A stretch of DNA of 20,000 nucleotides from an uncultured virus (IMG/VR IMGVR_UViG_3300042887_003526). Lineage: Duplodnaviria; Heunggongvirae; Uroviricota; Caudoviricetes. The translations under genes were made by a program, and so were the position numbers. The stretch lies in IMG/VR virus record IMGVR_UViG_3300042887_003526; one strand, written 5' to 3'. Numbering within the stretch: the first letter of the stretch is position 1; each line of letters starts with the position of its first letter. This document shows positions 15,323-20,000 of the stretch, in pieces. A model generated the notes under the pieces. The model was not told the DNA's origin and ran no database searches. It saw only the letters and a program-made list of their open reading frames with translations.

Positions 15323-15629
15323 CTTCAATTTCCTTTCTTTGGATTAATTCTTTAGTGTCGTAAAAATATTCAACATTCTGTAAACGGAAACTTCTCCAGT
15401 CTCTCTTGATTATATCATAAACGGGAACCAAATCAAGATCTTCTTCTGAAGAAGGCATCATGATATTCTTGATATACCTTCCGGTATTGTTTGGTAACGA
15501 TTTTCGATCTAGTGTGCAATACATTGCCCTAAATCTACCATCTGTTACTTTTCGGAAAACCACCTTACATGTTCCCTTTAAAAGTGATTTTACTACTACT
15601 TCTCTATTAATTCTCTTGATTGGGGGCAT
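15306..15629 (-). CDS. SH3-like beta-barrel protein (WYL_2/DUF2693-like)
   Basis: V.F.K..DG..R.M.CTL and V.D.....WRSFR...V motifs; GGAG SD before MPPIK. Confidence 0.7.
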   Translation of the reverse strand: MPPIKRINREVVVKSLLKGTCKVVFRKVTDGRFRAMYCTLDRKSLPNNTGRYIKNIMMPSSEEDLDLVPVYDIIKRDWRSFRLQNVEYFYDTKELIQRKEIEDEDRE

Positions 15630-15798
15630 TTGTTTCTCCGGGAAGAGTTGAAGGTTGACCAAATCTTTTACGATTCTTTTTATTTATTCGTTTACCTTCT
15701 GCTTTATCTTCACCAAAATTGAAGTTGTATTCTACCCACTTCTCTTCTAGATTACTAGTCATTTCTTTTAATTTTACTCGTAGATCTTTGAAATTCAT
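15607..15798 (-). CDS. Small late protein, possible capsid-targeting N-terminus (MNFKDLRVKLKE)
   Basis: GGAG SD and TATAAATA upstream; start corrected from the ORF track. Confidence 0.6.
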   Translation of the reverse strand: MNFKDLRVKLKEMTSNLEEKWVEYNFNFGEDKAEGKRINKKNRKRFGQPSTLPGETNAPNQEN

Positions 15799-15812
15799 AA
15801 ATACTCCATAGA

Positions 15813-15824
15813 TATTTATAAATA
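15813..15824. promoter_or_regulatory. Overlapping bidirectional T4 late promoter
   Basis: Palindrome TATTTATAAATA gives TATAAATA on both strands, between divergent genes. Confidence 0.8.
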
Positions 15825-15845
15825 TATAAAGGAAGAGGAACCAAT

Positions 15846-16202
15846 ATGCCATTTAGAAACCCAGTAGCAATTAGAACAGTAGGAATAACCGGAGGCAATA
15901 CAGTCTCGGGATGGAAGTATTTAATAAATCCAAGTTCTGGCGCAACCACCGCAGGAAGATCAGTCAGTCTAAAAGAAGGTGTTCAAATACGCAATGCCGG
16001 AGCCACCGCGTCTACTGTACTTCCTGTCATTTCCATTTTTGGTTTAACTGGAGGAACAGCTAATTCTGCGAACACGGACGGATTCGTTCTTTCAACAGCA
16101 CAAGATGTATTCTTTAAAACAAATGATTTAAATGTAATCATGGTTAAAACAACAAGTGGAACCGTAACAGACGGCGTAACATTATCTTACATTGCATACT
16201 AA
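15846..16202 (+). CDS. Small beta-rich probable virion protein
   Basis: Late promoter and GAGGA SD; resembles the C-terminal domain of 5314..6582. Confidence 0.6.
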   Translation: MPFRNPVAIRTVGITGGNTVSGWKYLINPSSGATTAGRSVSLKEGVQIRNAGATASTVLPVISIFGLTGGTANSANTDGFVLSTAQDVFFKTNDLNVIMVKTTSGTVTDGVTLSYIAY

Positions 16203-16225
16203 GCAATAGTTTATGGTTGATAAAC

Positions 16226-16253
16226 AAAAACCCCCCGTAACTGGGGGGTTTTT
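16226..16253. terminator. Bidirectional rho-independent terminator
   Basis: AAAAACCCCCC-gtaact-GGGGGGTTTTT between convergent genes. Confidence 0.88.
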
Positions 16254-16259
16254 ATATTC

Positions 16260-17318
16260 TTAGACTAACTGAGGTTTTTTACCTCTTGGACCCCGTGGAA
16301 CAATTGGCATTGGCTCATCTGGTCCACCGTTATCATCTCCTCCATCACCGTCGTGGTCACCGTCACCGAGATCAATATCACGGTGTGTCATGCTGGTTGA
16401 AAACATCATTGGACTGCTTTTATTTCCACGGAATACAACTTTCTTTCCACGAATCGTTACTCCTTCGCTGTAAGGAACATGGAACCAATCGTGCCCAGTT
16501 GTTGTTTTCAATTGTTTTGCAATATGACTAGCATGTCGATGATCGTTGTTTATGTTGTAAATACCAGTGTGGTGATGATCAACATGAACAACAAGATGTC
16601 TTCCGTCTGCCATAGGACCGGAGTCATCGACTTGCTTCATTGCTTGTCCAAATGGTCCATAATGTGCATGTGGATTTTCTCTCATATTTTCAAAATGAGT
16701 AATCTTAACTGGTTTACCTGATTTACTGGTGAGTTTTGCTATCTTTAATCTTCGTTGTACTCCAGCAAAGTGATCATCAACGACTTCATGTGCCATCTTT
16801 GATGCTTCTTGTTGCGTTGGTCTTCTTTTATTGTCTGAGAAGAAACCATTATGAAGTCTGGCCAAATGATCATCCAAACTAGCAGCAATGTACTTTGGAA
16901 GTTTACCCTGAGCGCCCTCTGCTGTATGATTAAAAAAAGAACTAATTTTTCCAACAATACCATCTTTCTTCTTTCCGCGCATACCCTTTACAGCATCAAT
17001 CTTCTTTTGAAGATCTGGTGTAACATCCCTCTTTTTCATTTCTTTGCCAGCATCACGAAGTTTATCGCGGAGAATATCTACATGTGATTTTGTTTCCGGT
17101 TCTTTGACATCACCTGTTGATGGTCCAAATAAGCCTTGAATCATTGCATTGAATTTACCAAGGCCCATACGCCCCGCAGATCTTTGAAATGCAGTTGCTT
17201 CTTTTGGTGCATCTTTTGCTTTAGGGGAGAACTTACCCTTTGCACCAAATAGTTTTCCTAGATCAGGACCACCCGGTTCTAACTTTGCTTCTCTTAAATA
17301 ATTGATAAACGATTTCAT
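16260..17318 (-). CDS. Putative capsid-internal protein (basic, His-rich)
   Basis: Start corrected to MKSFINYLRE (17318), a capsid-targeting-like sequence. Confidence 0.65.
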   Translation of the reverse strand: MKSFINYLREAKLEPGGPDLGKLFGAKGKFSPKAKDAPKEATAFQRSAGRMGLGKFNAMIQGLFGPSTGDVKEPETKSHVDILRDKLRDAGKEMKKRDVTPDLQKKIDAVKGMRGKKKDGIVGKISSFFNHTAEGAQGKLPKYIAASLDDHLARLHNGFFSDNKRRPTQQEASKMAHEVVDDHFAGVQRRLKIAKLTSKSGKPVKITHFENMRENPHAHYGPFGQAMKQVDDSGPMADGRHLVVHVDHHHTGIYNINNDHRHASHIAKQLKTTTGHDWFHVPYSEGVTIRGKKVVFRGNKSSPMMFSTSMTHRDIDLGDGDHDGDGGDDNGGPDEPMPIVPRGPRGKKPQLV

Positions 17319-17322
17319 ATGA

Positions 17323-17442
17323 TTATTTTTCTTTTTTAACAGGTACACAATTAGGAACTCTACGTCCTTTTTTATTTTTAGTACCCTTTGCTACATATCC
17401 ATCCCAGCAAGCCTCTTTAAGAAATTTTTTAAAACTTTTCAT
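17323..17442 (-). CDS. 39-aa putative capsid-internal peptide with CW.GY...VPNCVP motif
   Basis: Not in the ORF track: MKSFKKFLKEACWDGYVAKGTKNKKGRRVPNCVPVKKEK*; ATGA overlap with the upstream gene; fills the intergenic gap. Confidence 0.8.
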   Translation of the reverse strand: MKSFKKFLKEACWDGYVAKGTKNKKGRRVPNCVPVKKEK

Positions 17443-18290
17443 TTCTTTTTCTTTCCTTTTCCTCTTGGAGTTGCTACTAAAGTAAATGCATCTCCTTGGA
17501 CATCACTATACACAACGGAATCGTGTTTTTCTGGACTATATCTTTGCTGTGAATTTATCTTACTAGTAGTTTTAGCAAATGTTCTTGGATGTGGGAAATG
17601 TCGCAATTCGGACATGCGACGAAGTTTGCTCCAATCCATTCCTCCATCTGCCAATCTATTTTTTAAATAACCTATATTTCGATCTAGTGCTCTACGCGCT
17701 TTTTCACTACGAGGTCTTTCTTTGGATTCTCTTGCAGCATCAATGGTATTTCTATAAGAATACGAATAATCTTTAAAGGTTCCACCCTCCATTTTTAACT
17801 TTGGATGTTCTTTGTGTGTATGATGCGAGACACTACTAGATCCTCCAATATTGCGAATACGAATTGGCCTCATCTTTGATAAGCGTTTCCATACAGATTT
17901 AGAACCGTCTGTTTGATAATCGCCGCTTTCTAATGCCGCAACTTTATCTGCAATCATTCCATAGACTTTTGGAACTAAATTTCTAACTTTTGCTTTTTTG
18001 CCTCTATGAGCAGTATCAAATGATGGATTTGATGACTGTACTAATCTTTTTCCTTGAAAAGTGCCTGCGTGGGCCAATGGAACTACACCGATTTGTTTAT
18101 CTTTATAATGAACGCTCACTGCTTCCTCGCCTGCTTCAGGGTGTTCTTCGTGATGCCAGACGGTATATGGTCCTATTTTTCCAATATTCCGAGGCACTTG
18201 TATTCTTCTAGAATAATCATATCCTGGCGCGCGGCCGCCGCCTTGAAGAATGGGCATGTCTTCTGCTAGAAATTGCTTAAATGTTTTCAT
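17439..18290 (-). CDS. Putative capsid-internal protein, possible GNAT-like domain
   Basis: MKTFKQFLAE N-terminus (cf. T4 IPII/IPIII MKTYQEFIAE); TATAAATA immediately upstream. Confidence 0.7.
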   Translation of the reverse strand: MKTFKQFLAEDMPILQGGGRAPGYDYSRRIQVPRNIGKIGPYTVWHHEEHPEAGEEAVSVHYKDKQIGVVPLAHAGTFQGKRLVQSSNPSFDTAHRGKKAKVRNLVPKVYGMIADKVAALESGDYQTDGSKSVWKRLSKMRPIRIRNIGGSSSVSHHTHKEHPKLKMEGGTFKDYSYSYRNTIDAARESKERPRSEKARRALDRNIGYLKNRLADGGMDWSKLRRMSELRHFPHPRTFAKTTSKINSQQRYSPEKHDSVVYSDVQGDAFTLVATPRGKGKKKK

Positions 18291-18295
18291 GGTAA

Positions 18296-18303
18296 TATTT
18301 ATA
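18296..18303 (-). promoter_or_regulatory. T4-type late promoter TATAAATA (leaderless transcript)
   Basis: Exact consensus, 5 nt before ATG 18290; no SD. Confidence 0.78.
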
Positions 18304-18307
18304 AACT

Positions 18308-18330
18308 AAAAACCCCCCAGTTACGGGGGG
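18308..18330 (-). terminator. Rho-independent terminator
   Basis: CCCCCC-gtaact-GGGGGG-TTTTT on the minus strand. Confidence 0.82.
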
Positions 18331-18370
18331 ATGACTTTTCAGTTTTCCTTTAAATTTTTTTGACTCCGAT

Positions 18371-18694
18371 TCATCCACGCTCAGGATGGGAAGGAGCTAT
18401 ATCGCCTGGCTGCACATGGGGGAACTCTGGCTCTTCTCCCTCTGGATAATCAATTGCTGGTTCATCTGACTCTGGCTTTGGGTTTGGACTGTACCATCTA
18501 CCATCTTTGCCTTGGACTGGTTCTGGATAACCGGGAGCATTCTTATAAGGCTTCCAAGTTGGTATGGTTTGCTTCTTCTCTTGTAGGGAAGAAATTGTTC
18601 TTTTTAATTGTTCGATCTTAGCATTTGCCTCTGCTAATTGCCATTCGAGGTTATGTTTTTCTTGTAGAATGTTTTTATGAAAGAGATGATCCAT
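18371..18694 (-). CDS. Hypothetical protein (coiled coil plus Pro/acidic tail)
   Basis: 107 aa; purine-rich AAGAAAA leader. Confidence 0.65.
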   Translation of the reverse strand: MDHLFHKNILQEKHNLEWQLAEANAKIEQLKRTISSLQEKKQTIPTWKPYKNAPGYPEPVQGKDGRWYSPNPKPESDEPAIDYPEGEEPEFPHVQPGDIAPSHPERG

Positions 18695-18715
18695 GTGTGT
18701 TTTCCTTTATTTTTT

Positions 18716-18856
18716 TTACTTTACGATTTCCGCCGGAACGGTGGGTGCGTGTTGTGAAACGGCAATCAATGCAATCGCCGCCAAGACGCCTACTGCAATC
18801 AAAATCCATGTGGTAGGCTGAATATCCTTGACGATGTTTTTAATCTTATCTAACAT
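18716..18856 (-). CDS. Small single-pass membrane protein (46 aa)
   Basis: Start MLDKIK with AGGAG SD; hydrophobic stretch WILIAVGVLAAIALIAV. Confidence 0.65.
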   Translation of the reverse strand: MLDKIKNIVKDIQPTTWILIAVGVLAAIALIAVSQHAPTVPAEIVK

Positions 18857-18904
18857 TGTGTCTCCTTGTATTTGAATATATATAAAAGTAACGAAAGCAT
18901 ACAA

Positions 18905-19195
18905 ATGAAAACATTTAAGCAATATATTTTAGAGTCTGGACGGAACAGTCCATGGGGGCCTGCTTTGTCACCTTGGCTACCTTATCCTAATAGTGGCGGA
19001 AAAAATGTAGTTACTCCCGGATCTATAAAACCACCAAAGACCCCACCACCGACTAGGGTAAGTAGACGCGAGCTGTATACACATGGTGGAAGCCTATATC
19101 AATTGCCTACTGACGATTATCCAGACACTCAAGCGCCGCCACCGGGGGTTCCTCGGGAGTGGCCAGGTGAGAATACATCACAGGTCCCTGTTTAA
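18905..19195 (+). CDS. Putative capsid-internal Pro-rich protein
   Basis: Start corrected to MKTFKQYILE; TATATATA at 18877-18884. Confidence 0.65.
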   Translation: MKTFKQYILESGRNSPWGPALSPWLPYPNSGGKNVVTPGSIKPPKTPPPTRVSRRELYTHGGSLYQLPTDDYPDTQAPPPGVPREWPGENTSQVPV

Positions 19196-19217
19196 GAGTA
19201 AATAAGATTTTTTTCAG

Positions 19218-19247
19218 AAGGGGACTCCAAATAGGGGTCCCCTTTTT
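19218..19247 (+). terminator. Rho-independent terminator
   Basis: aaggggactcc-aaata-ggggtcccctt hairpin running into a T tract. Confidence 0.7.
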
Positions 19248-19460
19248 CTAGGATTCCTATAAGAAATTCCTGTAAGAATTCTTTTTTAATGGGAATCATA
19301 GGGGGGACCCTATTTTTCTAGGATTCCTTGGAGAAGGGGTGGGGGTCTTTTTGGGACTTTGCCGGCTTTATTCCGCTAGCGCCTGCACAGGGGGGACCCC
19401 ATTTCCTGAAAACACTGTTTTGTGACCTGTCTAGAGCGTGACACCCGACACATGGAAACG

Positions 19461-19498
19461 AAAAACCCCCACGACTGCGTTATGCAATCGTGAGGGTA
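19461..19498 (-). terminator. Probable terminator for the GC-rich minus-strand genes
   Basis: Imperfect hairpin ccctcacgattgca...gcagtcgtgggg followed by TTTTT on the minus strand. Confidence 0.55.
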
Positions 19499-19539
19499 TG
19501 AGCATTACCGCTAGCGAACTAACGGATGGAGCGAACTCG

Positions 19540-19680
19540 TTACACGCTCAGTGACTTACGCAGATCTTGTTTGATCTTGCGTCGAAGAGCGCGGGGACAT
19601 TTGGTCTTCTTTCCCCATGTCTTTGCACGGAGTCGCTGACCTTGCACTAGTGCGTCATGCACGAACTTCGGTTGCGGCAT
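19540..19680 (-). CDS. Small basic hypothetical protein (46 aa)
   Basis: Not in the ORF track: MPQPKFVHDALVQGQRLRAKTWGKKTKCPRALRRKIKQDLRKSLSV*; AAGGA SD. Confidence 0.65.
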   Translation of the reverse strand: MPQPKFVHDALVQGQRLRAKTWGKKTKCPRALRRKIKQDLRKSLSV

Positions 19681-19816
19681 TCCAGTTCCTTTCCTTGCAC
19701 TTGTTGCAAATCATGATGAGGTCTGAAGGGCGCGTACGGCCACACACAACGCAGCACTGATTACGAACGCGCCACTTGTGCTGACGGAAACGCTTCGATT
19801 CGATCTTGGTGTTCAT
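19655..19816 (-). CDS. Small CxxC...CxxC zinc-finger protein (53 aa)
   Basis: Not in the ORF track: MNTKIESKRFRQHKWRVRNQCCVVCGRTRPSDLIMICNKCKERNWNAATEVRA*; AAGGA SD; TAATG overlap. Confidence 0.68.
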   Translation of the reverse strand: MNTKIESKRFRQHKWRVRNQCCVVCGRTRPSDLIMICNKCKERNWNAATEVRA

Positions 19817-20000
19817 TAGGCGTTTTCCTTTCGGTTGGAGTGATGCATGAGAGTGGCGACCTGCGCTTCGAGATCACCCACGAGTTCGTCCGAACCCGAG
19901 AGCTCGAACTTAGCTTCCGCCAGTTCCTTACGCGCACCGTCGAGAGCATCGAGCAGGTTGTCGATGATGATCAGCGCATCGATGGGGTATCGGTGCAGCG
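19816..20000 (-). CDS. 3' part of a GC-rich hypothetical coiled-coil protein
   Basis: ...LHRYPIDALIIIDNLLDALDGARKELAEAKFELSGSDELVGDLEAQVATLMHHSNRKENA*; mostly C/G-ending codons. Confidence 0.65.
   Translation of the reverse strand, partial: LHRYPIDALIIIDNLLDALDGARKELAEAKFELSGSDELVGDLEAQVATLMHHSNRKENA

Noticed and set aside
4369..18816. Numerous short ORFs overlapping recognised genes (e.g. 4369..4602, 12156..12704, 14043..14390, 16479..16721)
   Set aside because: Shadow ORFs with no recognisable motifs, lying over well-supported genes.
19761..19949. 62-aa ORF from the ORF track
   Set aside because: Overlaps two better-supported ORFs in other frames that have coupled stop/start codons and consistent codon bias.
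1..20000. Stop-codon reassignment, introns or inteins
   Set aside because: gp4, gp26, gp32 and guaC are full length in the standard code; TAA, TGA and TAG all occur as stops; no suppressor tRNA seen.

Overview
Segment of a large T4-like myophage genome (gene order resembles aquatic T4-like phages, not T4 itself). Left: tail/baseplate module (partial gp48-like, gp4, gp54-like, gp26, gp51-like, a repeat-containing tape-measure-like protein), then gp32 SSB, gp33 and two probable virion proteins. Middle: a minus-strand accessory region with a phage tmRNA (tag ANNNNYMAIAA), five CCA-less tRNAs that all have U34 anticodons (Arg-UCU, Glu-UUC, an atypical Ile-UAU, Thr-UGU, Lys-UUU), and ferritin-like, DksA/TraR Zn-finger, deaminase, HTH, DenV-like and GMP reductase genes. 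Right: a cluster of late genes whose products begin with a T4 internal-protein capsid-targeting sequence, a repeat-rich non-coding junction, and an abrupt switch to GC-rich small genes. Main leads: (1) a probable programmed -1 frameshift (T TTT TTC) fusing gp26 to gp51, like lambda G/GT; (2) SD-less genes starting 3-11 nt after tRNA/tmRNA 3' ends; (3) the non-canonical tRNA-Ile(UAU); (4) a three-gene capsid-internal protein cassette, including an unannotated 39-aa peptide, flanked by a perfect 24-nt inverted repeat. All family calls come from motif recognition, not database searches.
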